From contig NC_069001.1 of assembly GCF_001194135.2 (NCBI RefSeq), positions 6,356,232 to 6,411,803 on the forward strand: DNA of 55,572 nt. The letters run 5' to 3'. Each line of letters starts with the position of its first letter. Position 1 is the stretch's first letter. Under the pieces are notes generated by a model. It did not search any database. It saw only the letters and a program-made list of their open reading frames with translations, and was not told the origin of the DNA. Source of the DNA: Octopus bimaculoides (lineage: Eukaryota). Below, in pieces: positions 36,266 through 49,655 of the stretch. The translations under genes were made by a program, and so were the position numbers.

Positions 36266-37193
36266 CTACGCGATCTTTCTAAATTCATCTCATTCATGAC
36301 TACTCATATTACGAGGGATTATTTAACCATTTTTCCGGTATAAACAACTCTTTGACTTAGAGAATATTTTTAGACCGTTTAAAATATTAAACCAAATAAT
36401 TTCAGATAATTCTTTTCCATCATAACTTCCTACACAATCATAAAACTATTCTTTACAGAAAGGAATGACTTTCTCCAGAATATGAAAGACGTTCTTGCAT
36501 GCATGTTAATCCTAATATGAGATTCATTGATTAAAGCAAAACTAAAATTTAAATTTAAAAAAAAGTAATTTTAGAGGAATAATGCAGTTACAGAAGGATA
36601 GTATTCTACTAAATCAAATTGTGTAAATTTACAGTAATGTTTATTATTGATAGCGTTAAACTACTTTATGGAAGAAAAAAAAAACTATTACACTTTAATT
36701 GAACGGAAATGACGCCTTTTTAACTTAAAGAATAATTGAATCTAGAATGTTGTTTCTGCTGACTTTACCGAATTTACTCATAACAGTATTAATTAACCTT
36801 CGTTTGGTAATACAAATAAACTTGCCTTTGAAATTTTTAAAGAGGATGTAATGTTTACATATAACGAAGCATTCTATTCTATCATCTTTATTAAGTTTAA
36901 TGGGTTTTTGTTTTCATCTTCGAGATTTATGGAATCATATATTTTGTTACTAGTTTCTTTGTAAATCGTTGAGTGATGTTAGACAGAAGTCTCCAGTGAA
37001 TGTTGCTGCTGTCCGCTTCGTATAAAGATTTGTATTCGTCCCATAAAACACTCTGTAGTGTGTTTTTGCTTTTTTTTACATACTTGCTTAAAGAATTCCG
37101 AGAGTGATTTGAAAATGCGCACGCGCATATGTACATATATATATATGTGTACATGTGTGCACTGCCTACCTTGCCTACCTAGGCGGCACGTCC

Positions 37194-37225
<32 letters not shown>

Positions 37226-37682
37226 CTAGGAATATTGGTGAAGCATACACATCAAAACATAACAGGCCTGATACAGCATGTGTACTCATGGAGAGTAGCT
37301 TCCAAGTTGAAACAATTGCTTCAAAATTTGCACCTCTTCTACCTTCAATATAACTATTGTTGTACTTAGTTATGTTATCAGATATCTAAATCACACATGG
37401 AGAAGCTATGATTTTCGACCAAAGAGAGAGACCAGCTAACACACACATTACAGATACATTCTAAAGGTGGGAGACTAAATATACGGAAGGTCTTTCTAAA
37501 ATTCAATATGTAACATTTATCAAGATTCTTTCTTTCTTTCTTAGAAACCAGTTCCTTTCTTTTTGGATGAATTCTAATAAATAAATAAAAATTCCTAAAC
37601 ACATACAAGTAGATAGATAAGTATACATAAACATATACATACATATACATACAGTATATGCGTACATCATAACAGTCATATA

Positions 37683-38330
37683 AGCATACAGTCCAAAGCA
37701 AGGATAGCTACGAAATCCCTAACGAACAACAAAGAAATACATAGCATAAAGGAAAATGTGGATGATATTGTATATGTGATCTGCCGCTGCTCAAAAATGT
37801 CAAAATGATACAACCTTCCATTGCGGTATAATGTTGCTAAAACAATATGTTACCATCCATAGGAAAGACTGCCTTGGAATAAATATATACAAAGTATCAG
37901 TTTTTCAATACATACATATATATTAACGCAAGGAAAATTGTTGAAGCATTCCTATCAAAACTTCTGTGCCAACATAGTAAGCGTGATATTGTAGATAAGG
38001 TTAGAAATGAAAAATCATTTACAATCACAGAGGTCAGTTGCCCTGCAGCTATGAACATCTCTTCCATGATCAATGAGAAAGAGAATATCTATGAGCAGCT
38101 GCTTATGAACTAATATCTTAATACCCTGATTATAAATTCACATTTATATTAATAATTGTTGGTATACTTGGCTATTACTAAATATTTAAGTAACAATTTG
38201 GTAACGATGGAATTTTAGGCAAAGAAATTAAGTAGATAACTGGCACTTTACAAATACAGCCTGTAAGTGGCATGATTAAAATATGCAAGATATTTCTAAG
38301 ATTCAACGATCTAAAGCATATTTTTATCCA
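37683..38330 (+). mobile_element. C-terminal region (Zn-knuckle + PD-(D/E)xK restriction-like endonuclease) of an RLE-type LINE, decayed
   Basis: IQSKARIATKSL; DDIVYVICRCSKMSK*YNLPLRYNVAKTI (CCHC region); RDIV (37982-37993) and EVSCPA (38030-38047); EKENIYEQL; PDYKFTFILIIVGILG. Confidence 0.78.
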
Positions 38331-38678
38331 AATTTTAACAATGGAGTTTATATCTTTGTTAGAAAACAGTTCCTTCTAGGAAAAATTCAAAGAATTCAAA
38401 AAGGAAGGAACCTGCAAATATGCATAGTTACAAAGAAAGAAACTATATACATATATGCAAATATAGTTGAATAAACAGAAGCGATGCAAGTGAGAATTTT
38501 AAAAGAAAAAAAGAAAAACACGAATAAAATTTGTTTATTCGTCCTCACTGAGAAAACTTTGTCTGGAAAAATAGTTTCATCAATACTTCCGGTTGGTGAA
38601 AATATTCAGACAATATTTTGGATTCGTCTACTTAACAATAGAGAAACTAGGGATAAGTACACACAGATGCAAATACAC

Positions 38679-38739
<61 letters not shown>

Positions 38740-39067
38740 GTGCGCTTACAGATTTACATACACCTAAATATATGCAAACTTGCATAGAGACATACAATCT
38801 CAAAGGTACATGTGTATACCAGTGTGTGCATGTGCGTGTTCGGGATGGGAGTGTATGTAAATGGAATAGGATTTGACTATTGTGTACGCATACCTAACAG
38901 GAAAAGAAAAAAAACCCCAGAACTTATTACTATGCATACAGAGAAATATTTATATCGAGTTGAAGAATCGAAAGGTAAAACTATCAGTCGCTGCGAAATA
39001 TTGGTATTTCCATTTCCCAAAATACGTTAACACACACACACACACACATTTCCAAGTGCATGTTTAT

Positions 39068-39120
<53 letters not shown>

Positions 39121-39540
39121 ACAAAAATACGTATAAAGAATATCACATCTTTAATTGTAGAATTCACCTTACAAAGCCAACAATTGTTTCTCTTGTATTA
39201 ACATGTTTAGATATAGAAAATATCATTGAAATTAATATTTCCGAAAATATGTTAACACATCGTTTTCAAGACGACCCAAAATTAGTTGAATTCAAAGTGA
39301 ACTACGAATTAAGGAAATGTTCCCAGTACACGAACGCCTGCAGGAAGAACGCTAAGAAGAAATAGATTCTAAGAAATTTTTGTATCCAACTATTGGTGAC
39401 GTCAGTGGATAACGAAAAAATGAAAAATAAACATAAGGATTCTACGTTACTGCAGTTAGATGCACAGAGAAATATAATCTAAGAAAGGCTATTTTTTTTA
39501 TTCAACTATTGGTGGCGTCACTGGATAACTAAAGAATAAA

Positions 39541-39792
39541 GTCGTGAGTTCGATTTCGAGCGGTGCGTTGTGTCCTTGAGCAAGACACTTTCTATCACTT
39601 TCATACTCCAGGAGTATGAGTAGTCCCTGTATCTTAAAGAGCTAGCCTTGTTCCATTCTGTGTCACCTTAAATCTCACTGATAACTACGTCCAGGGAACG
39701 CGTTTTTCTGAAGTGCTCAGCCGCTTGCACGTTAATTTCATGAGCAGACTGATCAGATCAACTGGAAGGTTCGCCATCGTAACCGACGGAGT
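39541..39792 (+). mobile_element. SINE family C
   Basis: gagttcgatttcg B-box, ttgtgtccttgagcaagacactt CORE-like block, 3' cgttaatttcatgagcag…cgtaaccgacggagt shared with 35330-35398. Confidence 0.75.
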
Positions 39793-40219
39793 GTCAATTG
39801 CATATGTATATACACGTGCGCGTATGCATGCATATATATACATATGTATATACATATATATACATACACACACACGCACGCACATAGAGAGGGTGTAGGG
39901 AAAATAGAAATATATATAGATAGAAAAGCATATATAGTGTGGAATTAATTGTTGATATTTGGCAACTTTTCAAATTTTGAGATGTTAAGATTGTTGAAGT
40001 TTCGCTTATGACCTGGCGGAGTAGTTCTACTACTAAGGTGCTTAAGACGTTGGTATGCAGGAGTATGCATGGTCGTTAATGTCTGCAGTGCACTAAACAC
40101 GCTTCACGCAGACGCAGCGGCATTCGGACATTTTTTCACAGACTTCAAACGATTGACACTGAAAACAAACAACAAAAAAATATTAAAACAAGAAAATCAG
40201 CAACAACGACCTCGACGAT

Positions 40220-40500
40220 GTTGATGACTATGATGATGATGATGATGATGATGATGATAATGAGGACGATGATGATGACGATAATGATGATGATGACAAC
40301 GATGATGAAGATGATAAGGATAATGATGACGATGATGAAGATGATGATGACGACAACAAAGAAGATGATGCTGAAGATGGCGGCGAAGATGATGATTGTA
40401 ATGTTAATAATGTTAGTAATAATGATGATGATGATGATGATGATATTGACGACGACGACGACGAAGATTACGATGGTAACGATGGTGATGATGATGATGT
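40220..40500. repeat. Degenerate (GAT/GAC/AAT)n field
   Basis: Direct inspection. Confidence 0.95.
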
Positions 40501-40783
40501 TCACAATGGCAAAACCTGAAGTGGGTGAAACGGGGACTAATGATAAAATAGATGCTAGCAAAAGGACTGGTAAACGATATCCTTTGATCTGCCTGACTCA
40601 ACTGAAGAGACAAAACCGAAACGGTAAATGATGTAGGCATACAAACATAGACACGCATAAACGCATATGCACATACAAATAAATACCTACATACATACAT
40701 ACATGCCTGCATACATACATACATACATACTTACATACATACGTACATGCATATATATATATATATATATAAGCATGTGCACA

Positions 40784-40828
<45 letters not shown>

Positions 40829-40948
40829 ATATACACATGTATATGTGTATATATGTATATATATGTGTGTGTATGTATATACAGTTATATATGTTTATAT
40901 ATATATGTATATGCATATAAATATATATGTATGTATATGTATATATAC

Positions 40949-40981
<33 letters not shown>

Positions 40982-41278
40982 TGAATGGATATGTATTCAA
41001 GTATGTGTATATATATATGTGTGTGTGTGTTGTGTGTGTGTGTGTGTATGTATATATATACGTATGAGCGTGTATACATTTTTATATACACACAGTACCT
41101 ATGTGTATAATTACTGAATGATTTTTGCCTTGGCACAATACCAGATTATTTCCTCGGAAATCTGGTTACGTAGATTGAATCGTTTCATGTCTATTACTTG
41201 GCCTTATTATATTTACCCTTTCTCACCTGAGGGCATTGAGGTTAAGTCCAGCTCCGAAGGGATTTGGGGACAGAATGG

Positions 41279-41332
<54 letters not shown>

Positions 41333-41744
41333 NNNNNNNNNNNNNNNNNNNNNNNNNNNNNNNNNNNNNNNNNNNNNNNNNNNNNNNNNNNNNNNNNNNN
41401 NNNNNNNNNNNNNNNNNNNNNNNNNNNNNNNNNNNNNNNNNNNNNNNNNNNNNNNNNNNNNNNNNNNNNNNNNNNNNNNNNNNNNNNNNNNNNNNNNNNN
41501 NNNNNNNNNNNNNNNNNNNNNNNNNNNNNNNNNNNNNNNNNNNNNNNNNNNNNNNNNNNNNNNNNNNNNNNNNNNNNNNNNNNNNNNNNNNNNNNNNNNN
41601 NNNNNNNNNNNNNNNNNNNNNNNNNNNNNNNNNNNNNNNNNNNNNNNNNNNNNNNNNNNNNNNNNNNNNNNNNNNNNNNNNNNNNNNNNNNNNNNNNNNN
41701 NNNNNNNNNNNNNNNNNNNNNNNNNNNNNNNNNNNNNNNNNNNN

Positions 41745-41792
<48 letters not shown>

Positions 41793-42559
41793 GTATATAC
41801 TATATTTATATCAACCTATACGGTACACAGTTTAAAAGAATACAATGTCTGTGTTGACTTTTCTTAGTGCATACATATCGATGTTCGAAATTATCTGAAA
41901 CCGGTCGCAATCCCGGAGAACATCTTATGCGCTGACGCTCATATACATCACCTTCTGCCGGTATTTTGGAATTTCAAACAACTTTAGATGATCACATCAT
42001 AGTTACTTTACCTTTGAATTTACAATATTTCCCACGCAGTTCATCTTTTCTTTTTACAACTTGTCTTCTCATTTTTATTTTTATCTCATTGCATGATATC
42101 ATTACCTACACGTTCTCATAAAATGGTTTTCATCTTCTATACCATTTCATAATGGCTTTTAGTTATACATTTTTAAAGTCTGTCGTCATATTTCATGCTT
42201 GTTTGATGGGAGAGTGGAAAAAAAAAAATCAGTTATTTAATGAAATATTTCTGTTCGTTCCATTTTGACAGAAAATTAAAGTTTCAAAAGAAAAATTATT
42301 TAGACCAGCTTTCTCATTAATCATTAAATCTGCCCATTAACTATACAGCTGATATATTTAAGAAGACATTAATCTGTAACTCCTTCATACGATGCTATTG
42401 TTTAGCTGATTTTTCTAACAGGTTCACGGACCATATAGACGCATATGCTTGCATGGATGTACGTATAAAAGGATCACATATAGCAATCAAAAGAAATTGT
42501 TTAATGAGTGACCCATAAATAGTAGTAAAAAACAATATGTATATATATATAAAAAAAAA

Positions 42560-42851
42560 GGCTGCGAGCTGGCAGAATCGTTCGCACGTCAGGCAAAGTG
42601 CTTAGCGGTATTTCGTCCATCTTTACGTTCTAAGTTCAAATTCGACTTAGATCGACTTTACCTTTCATCCTTTCGCAGTCGATAGAATAAGTAGTTGAAC
42701 ACTGGGGTCGATGTAATCGACTTATCCCCACCTTCTAAATTGCTGGCCTTGTGCTAACAATTGAAAGCAATATGTTCATAAAGAAAATGGCGGCTAGCTG
42801 GTAGATTCGCTAGTACGCCGGGATAAATGCTTAGCAGTTTTTTGTCCGTCT
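42560..42851 (+). mobile_element. SINE family A full copy (42560-42771) followed by a second head fragment (42789-42851)
   Basis: ggctgcgagctggcagaatcgttcgcacg…aagttcaaattcg…; second head ggcggctagctggtagattcgctagtacgccggg. Confidence 0.88.
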
Positions 42852-43294
42852 TAGTGATCTTTCGTCCGCCAAAATTTGAAATCAAAATCCGTAGTTTCCA
42901 CTCAAGTCCACTCAATTAGTTTCTTTAAATTAAAACAATAATTTAGTGTTTCTCTACAAACTTTTATCTATGAACCCCCTTTATTCATATTTTAGCCATT
43001 CGATGTTTTAGAAAATCCTTTTATATTTTTATAATTAAATATTATTTAGGGAAAAAATGTTAAATTATTTTGTGTATAGTTCAAGTAAAATCAATTTATT
43101 GCGTATAAATTTTAACAAAATCTAATACGGACCCAGGTTGAACACCACTGCAAGAATCGTTTCTTTTTCATTAAAATTATAATCTTTTCACACTTTTTAC
43201 AATAGCAATTATTTCTTTGCCCATATACTATTGCATCGCATAAAAAAAAAAAAATAAATTTTTATGCTCATTGAAACTATTGGTTCACTTTCCG

Positions 43295-44050
43295 AAATTT
43301 AAAACTTGACAAGAAGCACGCGGCTAAAATATAATGCAAAGGATTTGGAAGGTCAGAATAAACAAATACAGTTCAAAAATTCATGGTCCATATAGGAAAT
43401 GGGTGCGTAGTAGAAAAAAAACAAAAAACAAATAGTGAAATTATTATGCCCCAAGGATGTAACATTGTTCGTGATTTCAATGTCCTCATTTCCGCAGTTT
43501 TTAATAGAAATGTCATTGCAAAACCAGAAAAAGTTCCAACAATTGCTGTTTTAGTGCCAAAAAATATTGATGTTGATCTCATCATTGAAGAAATACTAAA
43601 ACTATTTCAAGGAGATGAAAGGGTTCTGTTTAGTCATGATCAATGTTCACTTCACGATGACCGTTCATAATTCACTATTGAGTTCTTAAATATATTGTTT
43701 CAGTCTTGCTATGATTATCCTCCTCCGTACAATCAACCGAGCTAATGGCATGCGCAATGGGACTCGTTTAGTTATTCAAGACATTCAAGCAAAAATAATT
43801 AAGGCAAAAATTATCATTACTGAAGTTCCACATCACAAAAACGGTGTGTTTATTGCAAGAGTCACTCTTTCTTCAGTCGGTGAAGAAGTTACCATTTACG
43901 TTAATTAGACAACAATTTCCGATTAAATTAGCGATGGGAATCACGCATAATAAATCACAAAGGCAAACATTTGAAAAGATTTGTTTATATTTACCAAAAC
44001 TATTATTCCCACACAGAGAATTATATGTTACCTTATCCTGAGTATTCGCA
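43295..44050 (+). pseudogene. Helitron RepHel PIF1-like helicase, C-terminal remnant
   Basis: HIGNG; AVLVPKNIDVD; EFLN; LLRTINRANGMRNGTRL; IARVTL; LPFTLIRQQFPIKLAMGITHNKSQRQTFEKICLYLPKLLFPHRELYVTLS match the PIF1/Helitron helicase motifs (RRQFPVRLAFAMTINKSQGQT…FSHGQLYVALSRV); broken by stops and frameshifts. Confidence 0.9.
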
Positions 44051-44103
44051 AGGCTTCGTGTATTCAATATATATATCTAAGTATATAAATGTATGTATGT
44101 ATG

Positions 44104-44138
<35 letters not shown>

Positions 44139-44561
44139 NNNNNNNNNNNNNNNNNNNNNNNNNNNNNNNNNNNNNNNNNNNNNNNNNNNNNNNNNNNNNN
44201 NNNNNNNNNNNNNNNNNNNNNNNNNNNNNNNNNNNNNNNNNNNNNNNNNNNNNNNNNNNNNNNNNNNNNNNNNNNNNNNNNNNNNNNNNNNNNNNNNNNN
44301 NNNNNNNNNNNNNNNNNNNNNNNNNNNNNNNNNNNNNNNNNNNNNNNNNNNNNNNNNNNNNNNNNNNNNNNNNNNNNNNNNNNNNNNNNNNNNNNNNNNN
44401 NNNNNNNNNNNNNNNNNNNNNNNNNNNNNNNNNNNNNNNNNNNNNNNNNNNNNNNNNNNNNNNNNNNNNNNNNNNNNNNNNNNNNNNNNNNNNNNNNNNN
44501 NNNNNNNNNNNNNNATATATATACATACAGACATACATATATATGTATATATGTCTGTCTG

Positions 44562-44604
<43 letters not shown>

Positions 44605-45455
44605 TTATGCTTGCTTTTATACTCAGGTATAGTAATACATATATATATATATATGCATACATATATATATATGCGCGCACACAAATATATATGCATGTGG
44701 ATATGTATATATATATACATATACACACACGCGCGTGCACAAATACACGCTCACACACACGTACGCACGCACACACACACGTACGCACGCACACACACAC
44801 GCATATTTGTGTAAATACGCAATACACACATTTGTATATATATATATATGTATATACATAAACATTTACATTTAGGTATCTATGTATTGATTGGTTGAAT
44901 TAGTCACAGTTTTCATTGTCTATTTTAAAATATCTGCCCGCAATACATTGCTGCAGAAATATTTAGTTCAGCAAGTACATAACAATAACACACACAAACG
45001 TATAGACTTTCTACACAAAACACACACACAAGTACATTACAATAGCACAGTTAGAAAGAAATATGATGTCTACAACCTTTAGTATTATATTCATCCCACA
45101 GTTCACTAATATGCATACATACGTACACACACACGCATATATATATATATANNNNNNNNNNNNNNNNNNNNNNNNNNNNNNNNNNNNNNNNNNNNNNNNN
45201 NNNNNNNNNNNNNNNNNNNNNNNNNNNNNNNNNNNNNNNNNNNNNNNNNNNNNNNNNNNNNNNNNNNNNNNNNNNNNNNNNNNNNNNNNNNNNNNNNNNN
45301 NNNNNNNNNNNNNNNNNNNNNNNNNNNNNNNNNNNNNNNNNNNNNNNNNNNNNNNNNNNNNNNNNNNNNNNNNNNNNNNNNNNNNNNNNNNNNNNNNNNN
45401 NNNNNNNNNNNNNNNNNNNNNNNNNNNNNNNNNNNNNNNNNNNNNNNNNNNNNNN

Positions 45456-45506
<51 letters not shown>

Positions 45507-45936
45507 TACACACCCGCCATCAATATATATGTCAAAGTGTATGCCAGTCAGTGCGAAAACAAGGAAATGCATTCATAAATACACAAACACATAGCTGTGC
45601 ACATATAGACACATGTATGCATTCAAATATACAAAACTAAACACATACAAACACACACACACACACACACATACACACAAACTCAAACACGCTCACATAG
45701 GTATAGATACATGCATACAAACATTATATACATACATACATACATACATACATACACACATATCAATCTCTTTATCGATCAATCAATTAATCAATCAATC
45801 TATCTAGCTAGCTCTCTTTATATATGCATATGTATGTATGTATATATATATATAAGTATGTAGATATATATATGCATATAATATATATATACGTGCACAT
45901 ATATATGCATATATATAAACATATGCATATAAATAA

Positions 45937-45978
<42 letters not shown>

Positions 45979-46226
45979 GCGTATATGTATTTTCACACCT
46001 ACATTCTATTTTCGAAAACAAAAAAAAAGGAAGATTCAGGCGCAGACATACACATCTGAATAATCACACATGCAGACAACCATACGTGCATACACACACA
46101 AATATACGTTCGCTCACACACTCAAATCAATATAAATGATCAACAATACAGCCTTAGAGATTTCCACCCGCCCTCTTGCCTACATAGATTTCCTTCCATA
46201 TATACACATACACACTGTCACACATA

Positions 46227-46457
46227 GGCGGCGAGCTGGCAGAAACGTTAGCACGCCGGGCGAAATGCTTAGCGGTATTTCGTCTGCCGCTACGTTCTGA
46301 GTTCAAATTCTGCCGAGGTCGACTTTGCCTTTCATCCTTTCGGGGTCGATTAAATAAGTACCAGTTACGCACTGGGGTCGATATAATCGACTTAATCCGT
46401 TTGTCTGTCTTTGTTTGTCCCCTCTGTGTGTAGCCCCTTGTGGGTAGTAAAGAAATA
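46227..46457 (+). mobile_element. SINE family A, least-diverged copy, with probable TSD
   Basis: ggcggcgagctggcagaaacgttagcacgccgggcgaaatgcttagcggtatttcg…; flanked by acactgtcacacata (46212-46226) and acactatcacaata (46458-46471). Confidence 0.93.
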
Positions 46458-46627
46458 ACACTATCACAATACGCTCGTGCGCGCAGATACGTGGAGTGCC
46501 ATATGTTCGTAACTGGAGTGAAATGACAGTGATATATATACATACATACATACATTCATGCATACACATACAGACACACACATACATATACATACACATA
46601 ATATATACACGCATACATACCCATATT

Positions 46628-46985
46628 CGAGGGGGTACCCAAAATAAACCGAGATCGTGCAATATTATTTTATTCATTTACTTTTACATGTTTACACCTT
46701 TTATCGCCTTCAAAGCATTCGCCATTTGAAGCAATGCATTGGTCCAGACGCGTTTCCCACAGTTCGAAGGCAATCCTGGAACTCATACGAAGTGAAGCCT
46801 TTTAACGCTTCCGTCGTATTTATCTTCACCTCTTCCACATCTGCAAATCGTTTTCCTTTAAGGAGTTTTTTCTTTCGGAAGAACAAAACAAAAAAAGAAA
46901 AGTCGCAGGGAGCCAGATCGGCTGAATAAGCGAGGTCATACCATCTTTGGTCAAAAACTGTCTCACACTCAAGGTGGTGCGCGAA
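46628..46985 (-). mobile_element. Mariner 3' end: transposase C-terminus plus terminal inverted repeat
   Basis: Minus strand: TLSVRQFLTKDGMT, YSADLAPCDF (the YSPDLAP(S/C)D motif), LKGKRFADVEEVK, LDQCIASNGECFEGD; TIR-like cgagggggtacccaaaataaaccg at 46628. Confidence 0.85.
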
Positions 46986-47009
46986 ATGGTATTACGTTAC
47001 CAGATAGAC

Positions 47010-47060
47010 ATACTTTACTTTCAGTCATTTGACTGCAGCCATGCTGGGGCACCGCTTTGA
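47010..47060 (-). mobile_element. SINE family B tail fragment
   Basis: ttcagtcatttgactgcagccatgctggggcaccgc is the reverse complement of the B tail. Confidence 0.7.
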
Positions 47061-47135
47061 TTTAAATTTATGATTGAGAAATATAATGTAGGTTAATATG
47101 TTTCTACCCTTACTGTTGCTGGAACTCTACAACTG

Positions 47136-47141
<6 letters not shown>

Positions 47142-47221
<80 letters not shown>

Positions 47222-47243
47222 GCAATAATAATGTTGATAATGA

Positions 47244-47301
<58 letters not shown>
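47142..47301. repeat. (TAA)n then (TAG)n microsatellite
   Basis: Direct inspection. Confidence 0.97.
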
Positions 47302-47302
<1 letters not shown>

Positions 47303-47975
47303 AAATCTTGAAGAAGACCAAGAAACAACGGAAGAACTACATGGATCATGCATTAACGATACCACGAAAGCCCCAGAAAGAATGGTCAACACCTTCGTGA
47401 CCACTGCTGTCAGAAATAAGACTAACAACTGGAGGGCACGGAGGATGAATAGAACTGTTGATTTCAGGATCATAACTCTACTCAGCATCCACGAAGACCT
47501 CACTTGAGTCTACGGATGTGATCAAAAATCTTGAGAAATATCCCGAGTGATTCACATAGGGAGCTATTACATAGCTGTTCCCAAAGCCAGGAGAGATGCA
47601 GAATCCGAAGAATTACGAAGTCATCATCTGTCTAATATATCGATTGCTGAGAGAATCTTTAGCTCCCATGATTAAAATAACGTGTTACAAGCAGAACAGA
47701 AGAGATGTATCAAAGGGGCCAGCTACTCGTCAATAGAGCCATATTAAAAAGGTCTTGTCAAAGAAAAGAATCCTGTCAACGGTATGGATCGGCAACACGA
47801 AGGCATTTAACCTCATGATCTCCGGAGCCTGCCTGGCAGTTATCAAATTCATTACGGAGAGCACGAAGACCGTAGTAGTGATCCTTCAGAATCTCTACCG
47901 TGTAGATGGGTCATTAACATCGAGACGAGATCAATCACCATGAAAAGCGGTATCTTACAAAGAGATTCAGTATAG
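47302..47975 (+). pseudogene. Decayed RT domain of an RLE-type (R4/Dong-like) LINE
   Basis: NNWRA; LFPKPGEMQNPKNY (47602-47616 = NPKNY); QLLVNRAI (47720-47743); LSTVWIGNTKAF; GILQRDS (47949-47969, GI.QGDS motif). Confidence 0.82.
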
Positions 47976-48099
47976 ACAGACAATAAGATCGAAACAGAAT
48001 TCAAAAACATCATTGTTTCCGTGCGGTCCGGTATTGGTCCGTTGGTCGGCGACCTTACTTGCATCTATATATAACTCCATATTTGTCTATTTGTCTTTC

Positions 48100-48140
<41 letters not shown>

Positions 48141-48201
48141 GTAGACAGACGAACAGACGGATAGACAGACAGATAGACAGATAGACATACTGATTGATAG
48201 G

Positions 48202-48253
<52 letters not shown>

Positions 48254-48727
48254 AAAATGCTGGTTGATAAACCGTACGTTTGTTAAATATATCAATGAAA
48301 TAAATTGAATCTAATATAAACGAGTGTTGAGATCTTGTATCTAGCTGGTGGGTTTTGTTGTTATAACGGACAATGAGTTACAACCAAATATAAATGTCTA
48401 CGTTTGTGTTTGTGTGCGTGCGTGTGCATGTGCATTGTGTATTCATGTCATCTGTGAGTGTGTTGTATGTATGTATATGTGTATGCATGTATGTATGTAT
48501 GCGTATATAGATGTGTGTGTGTGCGCGCCCCCACCTCACCCTTCGCCACGCGCAGTGTACATAAACCTATCCTCCTTCAAATATCAACTCCTCCTGCTCC
48601 CCGTCTCCCTTGTACGTAGGAACTGTTTTATTAAAGCTTCGAATATTTTCTTCAATTATTGCAGAACAGTAACATTTTTTTTATTCCTCCTTAAGGGCAC
48701 TTGATGCTCACAGCAACAACAACAAGA

Positions 48728-48791
<64 letters not shown>

Positions 48792-49315
48792 TCATCAACA
48801 ACAACAAAAATAATAATAACAATAACAATTACTACAACTACTGCTACTACTACTACTACATCAAGTCCACATTAACTGAACCATGCAGACATATTGACAA
48901 TCTGTGATACCACTTGAGAATAATAAAATGCATCTATTTAGTATTTTAGTTTCTAAATGTGAATTCCATCTGCTTTTTATTAGTTTTTTTTTTCCATGTG
49001 AATGAATAAAATAAAAATAACTTCAAACAAACAAATCCCCCCCCCCCCCCACAAAAAAGATAAATATATAGTAAACTAAATTGAAACGAATTGATATAAA
49101 TAAATGTGTAAATGTGTCACCCTGTGGACATGTTCCATTTCTGTTTATTTGGTTGTAAAAGTAGAATGTTTGTTAATATCCTATTCCTGCCCTCCTGCCC
49201 TCCTCCCTTCTAACATGGTCTGTGTCGACTGTTGTCATTGTTGTTGTTGTTGTTGTGATTATTGTTTTTGCTGTTGTTGTGACTGCTGTGTTTGTCGTTG
49301 TTGTTGTTCGTTGTT

Positions 49316-49554
49316 TAAATACGATTTTCCTAAACCCGAATGATAGGTAAGTGGTCCTAGATGTGAGGAGCAGTAAGGTGGGTCCGTCAGACAAGAGTTC
49401 CTTCACGCTCCAGCTGAAGCAAGCAAGCCAGATTCTTTTTTAGATGTCTGGAGATATTTCTATGGACACCTCACTAGCTAGTGTTACCTGCATGGTATTT
49501 TAGACGTATGCAGGGATTGTGTGGATATAACCGATAAAAATGGTTTTGAAACGC
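49316..49554 (+). repeat. 239-bp direct repeat, copy 1 (ectopic)
   Basis: Base-for-base identical to 50786-51024 (offset 1470). Confidence 0.97.
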
Positions 49555-49655
49555 AGATAGACATCACCACGCAGACAGACATATATCGGACGCTGTTCCA
49601 GCTGTAGCTATTTTCTGCTTCTTTTTTGCGTGGCTCAGGTGAGAACCTGCGTTGG

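Noticed and set aside
41880-42230. Possible further RLE-LINE fragment on the minus strand
   Set aside because: Only isolated weak resemblances (…NTDIVF); insufficient to call.
46227-46320. tRNA genes at SINE heads
   Set aside because: A and B boxes are present but there is no complete cloverleaf, and each continues into a SINE body.
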